Shown here: in pieces, positions 31,438 to 40,859 of the stretch
How the letters are laid out: every line of letters begins with the position of its first letter
Numbering within the stretch: position 1 is the first letter of the stretch
Source of the DNA: Alphaproteobacteria bacterium
Lineage (GTDB): Bacteria; Pseudomonadota; Alphaproteobacteria; GCA-2731375
NCBI GenBank assembly: GCA_965232515.1
Contig: CBDDPY010000002.1
Location: 3,072,001-3,136,000, forward strand
Direction: 5' to 3'
Length of the DNA: 64,000 nucleotides
Made by a program: the position numbers and the translations under genes
The notes under the pieces: model-generated
Told to the model about the DNA's origin: nothing
Seen by the model: the letters and a program-made list of their open reading frames with translations, nothing else
Database searches by the model: none

Positions 31438-32469
31438 TCAGCCGTGGTCGCGCTCGTTGTGAGCCCGCAAAAGATCGGCGCCGAAGCCGTCGCGGGGATT
31501 GTGCCAGACGGAATGCACGTGATTGGCCCCGCTGCGCGTGTTGTCGTATTCGATGATCACCGTAGGACCGTGCAATCGATAGTAATGGCCGGCGTCCGGC
31601 GTCGTGCTGCCGGCCCAGGCGAAATGCACGTTGTCGAGGCCGGCCGCGCGCAGATCGCGCATTTCCCGCTCGGCGATCGCCGGCGCCATGTTGCCGAGAT
31701 AGCTGTCGATCAGCGTCAGCGCCTGCCCGCGCAATGCGTCCGGCATCTGGCCGAGCGGCAGGCCCTGCGGCTGGCGCAGGCTGTCTTCGCGTCCCGGTCC
31801 GGTCAGAATGTCGCCGAAGCTTCGCGGCCGCAGGATCGCGGTCTCGCGCCCCGCGCCGGTCAATCCGTTGACGATGCCGAAGGCGAGGTCATGTTCGTCG
31901 TCAAGGACCCGCAGTCCGGCATGGCGATGTCCCGGCCGGACGACCGCTGGATTGGTGCCCAAGAAGGCCGGCGTGGCGGCGATGCCGGCGCCCGGCGCGA
32001 CGGTAAAGCTGAGCGACAGATGATGACCCTCGAACCGCCAGCCCCAGGGCGCGGCGCCGGCGGGGTCGCCGAAGATGGCGACGGCATAGTTTTCCGGGTC
32101 GCGAAAACCGGGATTGCCGGTGATCTCGCCGAGAATGCCTTCCAACAGGATGACTTGATCGACCTTGCGCGTTCCTTGCTCGCTGAGCACGGTCCGCAGC
32201 AGGCGGAAGACAAGCGCGCGCTGACCATCGTTCATGTCGCGCAGCGCCAGGCCGGGACGCGACCGCGGCGTGTAGTGCCAGTCGCGCCGTTCGGCATCGT
32301 CAAAGCCGTGCACCACTTGTCGTCGCCGGTCCGGGTCGAGGCTCTCCAGGAGATCCAGCGCGGCCTGCGCGACGGGATCGCGCGCTCGCCCGACCGCCGG
32401 GACGGCGAAGGCACTGCCGATTACCAAAGCGCCCATGCCACACACGATATCGCGCCGACGCATGTTCAT
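31438..32469 (-). CDS. DUF3500 family protein with twin-arginine signal
   Basis: RRRDIV signal; WHYTP, WGWRFEGHHLS, YYRLHGP...IEYDN...NHVHSVW...DFG. Confidence 0.88.
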   Translation of the reverse strand: MNMRRRDIVCGMGALVIGSAFAVPAVGRARDPVAQAALDLLESLDPDRRRQVVHGFDDAERRDWHYTPRSRPGLALRDMNDGQRALVFRLLRTVLSEQGTRKVDQVILLEGILGEITGNPGFRDPENYAVAIFGDPAGAAPWGWRFEGHHLSLSFTVAPGAGIAATPAFLGTNPAVVRPGHRHAGLRVLDDEHDLAFGIVNGLTGAGRETAILRPRSFGDILTGPGREDSLRQPQGLPLGQMPDALRGQALTLIDSYLGNMAPAIAEREMRDLRAAGLDNVHFAWAGSTTPDAGHYYRLHGPTVIIEYDNTRSGANHVHSVWHNPRDGFGADLLRAHNERDHG

Positions 32470-33047
32470 AGCGGTTGAATCCTGCCTGCGACCTCGAAGC
32501 CGCCCGCGCCGTCCAGCTTCAGAACAACGATTTCGCCCGATCTCGGGAAGACGCCGGTCAGCGCCGTGATGTTCACCTGATGCGTCACCATGACGAAGCT
32601 GGCGCCGTCGCGCGGCAGTTCGGCTATCCAGGTACGAACGGCCCCGGTCTGCTCGGGCTCGCGCTCGCGCGCCCGAAAGAAGGAATTGAGCGCCGGAAAT
32701 GCCTCGACGTCACCTAGCGCGAGCAGTTCGGCCGTTTCAAGGCAACGGCACCACTGGCTCGAAAGAACCCGGTCGACGACAACGCCATTCCGCCGAAACG
32801 CTTCGCCGATGCGCCGCGCCTGCGCCCTTCCCTCGCCGTTCAGATTGCGTTGCGTCTCGCAGGCATCGATCCGGAATTCGCTCGGATCGCCCGTACCCGG
32901 GGCAAGCGCATGCCGCATCAACGCGATGTGGCCGCCCTTGGTCAGCGCCGACCACAGCCGGCCCGCGTCCTGCGCCGAACCCGTCGCCGGCAGCAGCAAC
33001 AGGGACAGGATCAGGACAATGGCGCCGCAAACGCCTCCGCGGCGCAT
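32466..33047 (-). CDS. Exported histidine phosphatase family protein
   Basis: MRHA motif, QRNL, SSQWCRCLETA, VTHQVNI; signal peptide. Confidence 0.9.
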   Translation of the reverse strand: MRRGGVCGAIVLILSLLLLPATGSAQDAGRLWSALTKGGHIALMRHALAPGTGDPSEFRIDACETQRNLNGEGRAQARRIGEAFRRNGVVVDRVLSSQWCRCLETAELLALGDVEAFPALNSFFRAREREPEQTGAVRTWIAELPRDGASFVMVTHQVNITALTGVFPRSGEIVVLKLDGAGGFEVAGRIQPL

Positions 33048-33055
33048 GCCGACGC

Positions 33056-33718
33056 TCAGGCGGACGACCGGCCGTATTTTACCGAGCAGCCGTAGGCGCG
33101 CGCCGTGGGCGTCGCCACCGGCCGGCCGGCGGCGATGTCGTCGAGCGCCGCGCGGACATAGTTCGTGGCGCCTTCCACATCGGCCCAGTTCGCCGTCGGA
33201 CGGTCGTCGATGCCGCCCATGTAGACCAGCTTGCCCGCCGCGTCGATGACATACATATGCGGGGTGGTGCGGGCGTCGTAGCTGCGCCCGACCTTGCCTT
33301 TCGGATCGAGCAGGACGGCCGCCGGCACGGCGTCGCGCTCCTTGCTCAGGCGGTTCGCGTCTTCAGCCTCGACATAGCCCTGCCGTCCCGGCGCCGACGA
33401 GATGACGGACAACCAGACGACGCCCTTGTCCGCGGCGTCGCGCTGCAACGTCTGCATGTTGCCGGTGCCGTAGTGCTTTTGGACGAAGGGACAGCCATGG
33501 TTGGTCCATTCCAGGACCACCGTCCGGCCCCGGTAATCGGCAAGCGAATGCGATTTGCCGTTGCTGTCGACCGCCGTGAAATCGGGAGCCGTCTTGCCGA
33601 CCTTGGGCTCGGCGAATGCCGGGCGCACCAAGCCCAGCGGTCCGGACAGCAGCGCCGCGGCAAAGCCGACACCGCCAATGACGAGCATCTCGCGTCGTGT
33701 TACCGGCAACGTAGTCAT
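33056..33718 (-). CDS. Exported thioredoxin-fold/redoxin (AhpC/TSA-like) protein
   Basis: TRREML Tat-like signal, APDFT, EWTNHGCPFVQKHY, YMGGIDD, YGCSVKY; GGAGG RBS. Confidence 0.9.
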   Translation of the reverse strand: MTTLPVTRREMLVIGGVGFAAALLSGPLGLVRPAFAEPKVGKTAPDFTAVDSNGKSHSLADYRGRTVVLEWTNHGCPFVQKHYGTGNMQTLQRDAADKGVVWLSVISSAPGRQGYVEAEDANRLSKERDAVPAAVLLDPKGKVGRSYDARTTPHMYVIDAAGKLVYMGGIDDRPTANWADVEGATNYVRAALDDIAAGRPVATPTARAYGCSVKYGRSSA

Positions 33719-33887
33719 GTGAGCCTCCCTATGGTCCGAAGTCCGAGGTCGATCGCGCCGATAGGTCGCCGGCCCCATCACCGGCCCTATCCGGACGATG
33801 CCATCTTGACCACGATTTGGTGGGATCGCCACGGCCGTCAAGCCGCATGGCGAAAATTGTGATCGGACGCGTGAACGCCGCCGGCCG

Positions 33888-34433
33888 CTAGTTCGCGACC
33901 TGTCGTGCCTCGCTGAGACGGTAGTAGAGGCCCGTGGGATCGTCCTTCAGGATCTCGAACCGGCCTTCGATCAGCACGGCTTCCTGCGTGTAATCGACCG
34001 CTTCGGCGCCCTTGATCTCAACAAGGTTGGTCGGTCCGCCGGGAAGGCAGAACGGACAGCCCGGCGGATAGGCGCTCAACAGGAAGTATTCGTGGCTCTC
34101 GCCGCCTTGCAGCGGGAAGATGAAGCCCTGCAGCTTGACGGTCGTGCCGTCGAGCGAACGCACCGACTCGCCGAAATCCCGGGTCATGGTCGTCTGGAAC
34201 GGCGCCGGCGCCGACACCGTGACCTCGATGTCGGCCAGGGTCTGCCACGGCACCGTGCCCTCGCTGAGCTGCGTCGGATCGTGATAGAACTGAAGCGCCT
34301 CGACTTCGGTTTCGCTGAGTGCCTGCTCGGTCAGCGCCCAGGCGCCGCCTGCCAACGTCACAACGCTCAATCCGGCCGCGGCGGCAATGGCCGCAATAAC
34401 TCGACGTGTTTTCGTCTGTCTCATGGGCATCAC
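33888..34433 (-). CDS. DUF3299-like (ZrgD-like) exported OB-fold protein; start uncertain
   Basis: LDGTTVKLQGFIFPL, FLLSAYPPGCPFC, downstream of ABC permease. Confidence 0.75.
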   Translation of the reverse strand: MMPMRQTKTRRVIAAIAAAAGLSVVTLAGGAWALTEQALSETEVEALQFYHDPTQLSEGTVPWQTLADIEVTVSAPAPFQTTMTRDFGESVRSLDGTTVKLQGFIFPLQGGESHEYFLLSAYPPGCPFCLPGGPTNLVEIKGAEAVDYTQEAVLIEGRFEILKDDPTGLYYRLSEARQVAN

Positions 34434-34456
34434 TTGGTCGCTATGAGGCAGACATG

Positions 34457-35719
34457 CTAACGCGTCGCCAGCGTTTTGGCGATATCCGTGCGATAGGCCC
34501 GGACCGCCGGCAGCAGCGCCGCGACGACGCCGACCGCCAGCACCAGCAGGACGATCAGAAATTCTTCCGGCTCCCAGGTGAAGCCCGTCAGGCCCATGGC
34601 CGCGGCTTCCGGCAGCAGCCGTCCGAGCAGCTCTGTGACCGCATGCCCGGCGGCAAGGCCGAGCGCGGTCCCGACCGTCGCCAGCAACAACGCTTCGAGC
34701 AGGATCTGGCCCATCAGCTTGGCCGGCGACGCGCCCAGGCTGCGCATCACGGCGAGGTCGTAACGGCGTTGCTGCGTCGCGTTGTAGAGCGCGATGAAAA
34801 CGCCCAGCGCGGCGCTGGCGATCAGCAGCAGTCCGAAACCGCGCAGCGTGTCGAGGCCGGCGCCCACCAGCGTCAGCAGACGCGCCGTTTCCAGCGCCGG
34901 CGCCGCGGCCTGCAGCGCGCTGCGACTGTTGATCTCGCGCGGCATGCTGACGGCCGCCAGCGGCGTGCGATAGCGCACCAGGAGCGAGGTGATCTCGCGC
35001 GCGTCACGATCCGCCGCCTCGTCGGCATGGTCGTGGTCGTGATCGTCCTCAGCCTCCGGCTTTGCCTCGTCGGCCTGCGCCGCCGCACCGGTCTCCCGGT
35101 GCTCGATATCGTGGACCTGCCAGACGCTTTCGATCGACGTCAGCACCAGGCGATCGATCACCGTGCCGGTGCGTGCCAGGACACCGACCACGCGATAGGG
35201 GTGATCGCCATGGGTGAAATCCGCGCCGACGAGTCCGTGACTGCCGACAAAAGCGTCGCCCAACCGCCAGCCGGTCGACCGCGCCACCTCGGCCCCGATT
35301 GTGGCCTCGAACGGCGCCTGCCACAGCCGGCCGTCCGCCGGCATGGCACCGTAGTGCGCGGGATAGTCGGGCACCGTGCCGACGATGCGGAAACCGGCGG
35401 CGTTGTCGCCCAAGGCAAGCGGGATCGCGGCCGCGACCATGGGATGGCCCGCCAGCGCCTCGGCTTCGGCGAGCGGGATGTTCCCGGTCGGCACGTCGAC
35501 ATGATAGATGCTCGACAGGATCAGCTGCATCGGACTGCCCTTGGCGCCGACCACCAGATCAATGCCGCGGGCGTCCTTGGCCAGCCGATCCCGCATCTGC
35601 GCGCTGAACAGGATCAGCGCCGTGATCGTCGCGACGCCGATGGCCAGCAGCAGGATGTTGAGCAGCGAGTTCAGCGCCCGTTCGCGGAGATAGGCCAGGC
35701 TGAGCACGAACAAATTCAT
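34457..35719 (-). CDS. ABC transporter permease, MacB/FtsX-like (ZrgC-like)
   Basis: DLVVGAKGSPMQLILSSIYH...PTGNI, ALGD, His/Asp insert EDDHDHDHADE, LLPAVRAYR. Confidence 0.9.
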   Translation of the reverse strand: MNLFVLSLAYLRERALNSLLNILLLAIGVATITALILFSAQMRDRLAKDARGIDLVVGAKGSPMQLILSSIYHVDVPTGNIPLAEAEALAGHPMVAAAIPLALGDNAAGFRIVGTVPDYPAHYGAMPADGRLWQAPFEATIGAEVARSTGWRLGDAFVGSHGLVGADFTHGDHPYRVVGVLARTGTVIDRLVLTSIESVWQVHDIEHRETGAAAQADEAKPEAEDDHDHDHADEAADRDAREITSLLVRYRTPLAAVSMPREINSRSALQAAAPALETARLLTLVGAGLDTLRGFGLLLIASAALGVFIALYNATQQRRYDLAVMRSLGASPAKLMGQILLEALLLATVGTALGLAAGHAVTELLGRLLPEAAAMGLTGFTWEPEEFLIVLLVLAVGVVAALLPAVRAYRTDIAKTLATR

Positions 35720-36402
35720 GGCCGGGCCGGCAGATCGAGGCGGTTGGGAAAAACGTCCTTCAGGCGCTGGTCATGGGTGGCGATCAACAGGGTCGCGCCA
35801 TGCGCCGCGGCCTGCCGACGCAGGAGCGCGACGACCTGTTGGCAATTCGCGTCGTCCAGCGCCGAGGTCGGCTCGTCCGCCAGCAACAAGGTCGGGGCGT
35901 TCACCAGCGCCCGCGCGATCGCGACGCGTTGCGCTTCGCCCTGGCTCAGGTCGGCCGGCTTGGCCGATGCTCTTTCAGCGAGGCCGAGCGCGTCCAGCAG
36001 CCCCGCAATCTCAGCATCGTCGTTCGGGAGTTTGGCGAGATAGCGGGCCAGGCGCAGGTTGCCGGACACCGTGAGCGCGCCGACCAGATGCAACGACTGG
36101 AACACGATGCCGATCTGACGGCCGCGAAACACATCGAGCTCGGCCGGTCGCATTTGGGCGAGATCCCGGCCGGCAACGGCAACCGAGCCGTCCGTCGGCC
36201 GCAACAGGCCGGCCAAAAGGTTCAAAAGCGTGGTCTTGCCGCTGCCCGATGGCCCGAGCAACAGCGCCTGCCCGCCCGGCGCCACGGACCAGTCCGGCAC
36301 GTCGAGGACCTTTCGGCCACCAACATCGAACCGCAGACCGTTGATTGCGACCGATGCGCCCTCGGCCGCGGTGTCCGCCGCCGGCGCGGACGCCAACGCC
36401 AT
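35716..36402 (-). CDS. ABC transporter ATP-binding protein (LolD/ZrgB-like)
   Basis: GPSGSGKTT, LSQGEAQR, LLADEPT, ATHD. Confidence 0.95.
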   Translation of the reverse strand: MALASAPAADTAAEGASVAINGLRFDVGGRKVLDVPDWSVAPGGQALLLGPSGSGKTTLLNLLAGLLRPTDGSVAVAGRDLAQMRPAELDVFRGRQIGIVFQSLHLVGALTVSGNLRLARYLAKLPNDDAEIAGLLDALGLAERASAKPADLSQGEAQRVAIARALVNAPTLLLADEPTSALDDANCQQVVALLRRQAAAHGATLLIATHDQRLKDVFPNRLDLPARP

Positions 36403-36500
36403 GTCCCGCTCCCCGTTCCGCCCGTAACGACCGGAACTGTAGCCTGCTCAGGCGCATAGGAAAACGCCGCCGCGGCAGTGCCGACGAGAACGTGAAACGA

Positions 36501-36896
36501 TCAGATGCCCGCGTACTGGGTAATCAGCCAACAGCAAATGCTGGCAACGGCGAAAATGATCACGTTGCCGATCTCGAAGCGGCGGTGGACCGACGCCGAT
36601 TGGAAGGCCTGCCGCTCGCCGCTTTGACCACCGAAAGCCTGCGGATCGAAGTCATCGCTATTGGCCTTGGCGATAACGTCGCGGCTGAACGTCGCGACCC
36701 AGGCCGGCACTTCGCCGCTTTTCAGGTAGCGCATGAAATGCGGCTCGACATCGCGGTCCGTCGCCGGTCGACCCAGCTGCCGTCGGCGGGCCAGCGTGAA
36801 GAGATGGTATTCGCGCACGTTCAGCAGGTCGGCAGCGGTCGCGGCATGACGGGCATCGGTTGACATACGAAGGATCGGAACGGGACCGGGCGACAT
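36501..36896 (-). CDS. Hypothetical protein with C-terminal TM helix; start uncertain
   Basis: AADLLNVREYHLFTLA...HFMRYLKSGEVPAWVATF reads as a real globular domain; GGAG 7 nt before ATG 36896. Confidence 0.6.
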   Translation of the reverse strand: MSPGPVPILRMSTDARHAATAADLLNVREYHLFTLARRRQLGRPATDRDVEPHFMRYLKSGEVPAWVATFSRDVIAKANSDDFDPQAFGGQSGERQAFQSASVHRRFEIGNVIIFAVASICCWLITQYAGI

Positions 36897-37114
36897 CTGG
36901 TTCTCCATACACGGCACGTCCGCTTCGACGTACGTCACGCATTGCCGGACCATCCTCGCGGGCATTCGTAAAAATCTCGCAAAACGGTTCGCAGGTTTGC
37001 AGCATCGTTCGTCCACGTGCACGATCTGCAGCGTTGCCAGACCTAGGCGCTGTCATATATGTGCTAGTGTCCGGCCGCATCGTTTCGAACCGACATCCCG
37101 AAGGAGCATGCTAC

Positions 37115-38470
37115 ATGCCGCAGCCGAACGGCGGCGCCAGCGACTACCTGAATCTGCTGAGCGATCTCATCGATAAGGCGAAACGTGCCGGCGCCGATGC
37201 AGCCGACGCGGTGGTGTTCGACGGCATATCGCTTGATGTCAGCTACCGCACCGGCAAGCCGGAAGACCTGCAGCGCTCCGAGGGCCGCGACCTTGGACTG
37301 CGCGCCTTTGTCGGCAAGCGCCAGGCCTTCGTCTCGTCGAACGATTTCAGCGGGCCGGCGCTCGATGAACTCGTCGAGCGCGTCGTCGCCATGGCGCGCA
37401 CGGCGCCGGAAGATCCCAATTGCGGCCTCGCCGACGAGGCGCTGCTATGCAAATCCGTCGCCGATCTCGATCTTGACGATGCCAACGAGCCAGACGCGCG
37501 GGCCCTTTACGACCAGGCCGCCGCGGCGGAAGCCAGCGCGCTGGCGGTCGAGGGCGTCACGCTCTCCGAAGAAGCCGGCGCCAGCTGGAGCCGCGCCCGG
37601 ATCGCGCTCGCCACCAGCCACGGCTTCGCCGGCGGCTATGCCACGTCGACGCACGGTTTCTACGCTTCCGTGGTCGCCGGCAGCGGCACGGCCATGGAAC
37701 GGGACTACGAGCACTCCACGGCCCGCCATGCGGAAGACCTCGACGATCCGCAGAGCGTCGGCCGCAAGGCCGGCGAAAGCGCGGTTGCCCGGTTGAACCC
37801 GAAGAAAGTGGCGACGCAGCAGGTGCCCGTCGTCTTCGACCCGCGCGTTTCGCGCAGCATGCTCGGGCATTTCGCCGGCGCGATATCCGGAGCCGCCGTC
37901 GCCCGCGGCACCAGCTTCCTGAAGGACCGGATGGGCGAGCAGGTATTCGCCGACGGTCTGCGCATCGTCGACGATCCGCACCGCCGCCGTGGCCTGGCCT
38001 CGAAGCCGTTCGACGGCGAAGGCGTTGCCAACCGCAAAACCGTCCTGATCGAAAACGGCCGGCTGGAAACCTGGCTGCTGGATTCGAGCTCGGCCCGACA
38101 GCTGGGATTGACCAGTACCGGTCATGCCAGCCGCGGCACCGCCGGTCCGCCCTCGCCGTCCACCAGCAACCTCTATCTCGAGCCCGGCAGCCTGTCGCCG
38201 GACGAACTGATCGGCGAAATCCCGGCCGGTCTTTACGTCACCGAGCTGATCGGCTTCGGCGTCAATGGCGTGACCGGCGACTACAGCCGCGGCGCCGCCG
38301 GGTTCTGGATCGAGAACGGCAAGAAGGCCTATCCGGTCAGCGAGCTGACCATCGCCGGCAATCTGAATGACATGTTCAGGGCCATGACGCCGGCCAACGA
38401 CCTGGAATTCCGCTACGGCAGCAACGCGCCGACACTGCGCATCGACGGCATGACGGTCGCCGGCACTTGA
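37115..38470 (+). CDS. pmbA: TldE/PmbA protein
   Basis: GLRAFVGKR, RGTSFL, PFDGEG, GVNGVTGDYSRGAAG; no HExxH; AAGGAG RBS. Confidence 0.93.
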   Translation: MPQPNGGASDYLNLLSDLIDKAKRAGADAADAVVFDGISLDVSYRTGKPEDLQRSEGRDLGLRAFVGKRQAFVSSNDFSGPALDELVERVVAMARTAPEDPNCGLADEALLCKSVADLDLDDANEPDARALYDQAAAAEASALAVEGVTLSEEAGASWSRARIALATSHGFAGGYATSTHGFYASVVAGSGTAMERDYEHSTARHAEDLDDPQSVGRKAGESAVARLNPKKVATQQVPVVFDPRVSRSMLGHFAGAISGAAVARGTSFLKDRMGEQVFADGLRIVDDPHRRRGLASKPFDGEGVANRKTVLIENGRLETWLLDSSSARQLGLTSTGHASRGTAGPPSPSTSNLYLEPGSLSPDELIGEIPAGLYVTELIGFGVNGVTGDYSRGAAGFWIENGKKAYPVSELTIAGNLNDMFRAMTPANDLEFRYGSNAPTLRIDGMTVAGT

Positions 38471-39273
38471 GCGGCCTCAGTCAAGACCACGCCCTGCTGA
38501 TCGATGCCGTGCGGTCGGCGGGCCCGACCGCCCTGCACTATTTCCATGGCGAGGTCGAGAGTTGGGAAAAGGGTCCGGGCGACCCGGTCTCGGAAGCCGA
38601 CCACGCCATCGACGACGTCCTCAAATCGCGGCTGACGGCGGCGCGCCCCGACTATGGCTGGCTCTCCGAAGAAACCGAAGACGATCCGGCACGGCTTGAA
38701 CGGCAGCGGGTCTGGGTCGTCGATCCGATCGACGGCACGCGGGCCTTCTTGCAGAAAAAGCCCGAGTTCACGATCAGCGCCGCCCTGGTCGAGGACGGCC
38801 AGCCGATCGCCGGCGTGGTCTTCAATCCAGCCACCGACGAGCTGTTCGAGGCGCTCGATGACGGCGGCGCCCGTCTGAATGGCCAGCCGATCACCGTCAG
38901 CAGCCGCGCCGATTTCCATGGCGCCAAGCTGCTGAGCGGCAGCCGGATGTTCGAACGGGCCGGCTGGTCGGCGCCGCCCGAGGATCTGGAGTTCGCGGCG
39001 ATCAACTCGATCGCCTATCGCATGGCGCTGGTCGCCTGCGGCCGTTATGACGGCTGCGTCTCGCTCAATACCAAGAGCGACTGGGACATCGCCGCAGGCG
39101 AGTTGATTGTGCACGAGGCCGGTGGCCGCACCAGCGATGCCCGCGGCCATCCGCTGTCCTACAATGATCCCGAGCCGTTGCACAATTCGGTGATCGTCGC
39201 CGGCCCGGCCCTGCACGACCACCTGATGGACTTCCTCGCCACCGTGAAACGCCCAGCCGGGGTGAATTGGTAG
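38467..39273 (+). CDS. cysQ: 3'(2'),5'-bisphosphate nucleotidase / inositol monophosphatase family
   Basis: PVSEAD, WLSEE, WVVDPIDGTRAF, WDIAAG. Confidence 0.85.
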   Translation: MSGLSQDHALLIDAVRSAGPTALHYFHGEVESWEKGPGDPVSEADHAIDDVLKSRLTAARPDYGWLSEETEDDPARLERQRVWVVDPIDGTRAFLQKKPEFTISAALVEDGQPIAGVVFNPATDELFEALDDGGARLNGQPITVSSRADFHGAKLLSGSRMFERAGWSAPPEDLEFAAINSIAYRMALVACGRYDGCVSLNTKSDWDIAAGELIVHEAGGRTSDARGHPLSYNDPEPLHNSVIVAGPALHDHLMDFLATVKRPAGVNW

Positions 39274-39309
39274 CCGCCGTTCGGGGTATCGGCCACACTC
39301 ATTTGAAAA

Positions 39310-39389
39310 TGAGAATTGATCGCAAGAAAACGCTTGCGCAAGCATCTGCGTGTGTGTAGCGTCAAATCCGGTTTTGCGAATCATTCGCA
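39310..39389. promoter_or_regulatory. Fur-type boxes upstream of the porin
   Basis: Perfect 7-1-7 palindrome TGCGAAT-C-ATTCGCA (39375-39389) plus degenerate TGAGAAT-T-GATCGCA (39310-39324). Confidence 0.7.
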
Positions 39390-39455
39390 TTATCAGGCTC
39401 GATGTTCCGACCAATCGTCGAGCCCGCGTATGTGTGCCGAGAGGGGGCGCGGAAG

Positions 39456-40586
39456 TTGACAAAAAGAACAGCGTTACTGCGTTCGACTGCGTTGATCGCG
39501 GTCAGTCTGGCGGCCGGCCAGGCCGTTGCCGCCGATAAAATCCGCGTCGGGCTCGGCGGCTATTTCAATGCGTTTTTCGTTTATGGCGATCAGGATGACG
39601 GCGAAGGCGAGGCGGCCGACGGCCGCCGTGACCATAAAATCGCGCGCGAGGCGGAGGTTGCCTTCTTCGGCGAGACGGTGCTCGACAATGGTCTGACGGT
39701 CGGCGTTAACATCAAGCTCGAGGCGGAGACCTGCGAAGACCAGATCGATGAGAGCTACATCTACTTCGAGGGCGCCTACGGACGCCTCGAGGTCGGCTCC
39801 GAGGACCCCGCGACCGACGCCATGTTCTACGGCGCGCCGGTGCCGATCGCCGGCGTCGGCCTGTCGACGCCGGACGACGTCTTCGCCTCGCTGACGAATT
39901 CTGTCGGTACGCCGGCGACCATCGTCAACATTTCCGGCGACTCCGAGAAGCTGACCTATTTCACGCCGCGCATCGCCGGCATTCAGCTCGGCCTGTCCTA
40001 CACGCCGGACAACTGCGAGGAGAACACCGCCGGCGGCGATTCCGGTTTCGCATGCGGCGGCAGCTACAGCGGCTTCCAGAGCGAGGAGACCCCCGGCCAG
40101 CAGTCGGAAATCGTCGAAATCGGTGTGAACTACGTGAACTCGTTTGGCGATATCGATGTCGGAGCATATGCCGGCTATGCCGCCGGCGACCTCGAGGTCA
40201 GCGACCCGACGGCCGAAAACCAGAACCAGTGGGGTCTCGGGTTCGAGGTCGGCTATGCCGGCTTCACCTTCGGCGCCGAATACAAGGAAGACGACCAGGG
40301 CTCCAGCGGGCGCAACACCGATCGCACCGACTGGGCCGTCGGTCTCGCCTATGCCCATGGCCCCTGGACCGTGGGCGTGCAGTATGTGAATGCGGAAGTC
40401 GAGGAAGGCGCCGGTCTGGGCGAGGACGAGACCGAAGGCTTCCAGATCGGCGGCACCTACGATCTCGGGCCCGGCGTGCTGCTGACCGGCGGCGTGACCA
40501 TCTGGGACGTCACCGACAACCTCGACGACCCCGCGGCCGAGAATGATGCCACCAGCGTCATTATCGGCACGATTATCGAGTTCTGA
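39456..40586 (+). CDS. Outer membrane porin (alphaproteobacterial Porin_4 type)
   Basis: Signal peptide, GETVLDNGLTVG, IDESYIYFEGAYGRLEVG, KLTYFTPR, C-terminal Phe; TTG start after GAGGGG. Confidence 0.92.
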   Translation: MTKRTALLRSTALIAVSLAAGQAVAADKIRVGLGGYFNAFFVYGDQDDGEGEAADGRRDHKIAREAEVAFFGETVLDNGLTVGVNIKLEAETCEDQIDESYIYFEGAYGRLEVGSEDPATDAMFYGAPVPIAGVGLSTPDDVFASLTNSVGTPATIVNISGDSEKLTYFTPRIAGIQLGLSYTPDNCEENTAGGDSGFACGGSYSGFQSEETPGQQSEIVEIGVNYVNSFGDIDVGAYAGYAAGDLEVSDPTAENQNQWGLGFEVGYAGFTFGAEYKEDDQGSSGRNTDRTDWAVGLAYAHGPWTVGVQYVNAEVEEGAGLGEDETEGFQIGGTYDLGPGVLLTGGVTIWDVTDNLDDPAAENDATSVIIGTIIEF

Positions 40587-40666
40587 TCGTGCCCGGGTCG
40601 CCGCGCTGATTGAAGGACCGGCGCCCGACCCGCTTTCGTTCTAGCCGACCCTCCCGAATGTCGGCT

Positions 40667-40724
40667 GCCGGCCCCCGTCTCGCCTTTCCATCCTCAGTCG
40701 CGGCGGGGGCCGGTTCTTTTTTTT
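40667..40724 (+). terminator. Intrinsic terminator after the porin
   Basis: GCCGGCCCCCGTC...GGCGGGGGCCGGT followed by TC and T8. Confidence 0.8.
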
Positions 40725-40859
40725 CGAAGAGCCCTCTATTCACCCGCGATTTGGGCCGCGACGGCGCGGCGCGAGTGACAAACTTCCTAGCTGTCGCATT
40801 TCCTTGCCGCGAACGCTAATCTTACCGACAACATCATGCAGCGATTGGGGATGCGGTAA

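Noticed and set aside
36403-36500. Zur box upstream of the Zrg-like ABC genes
   Set aside because: No GTTAT-N3-ATAAC-like palindrome found
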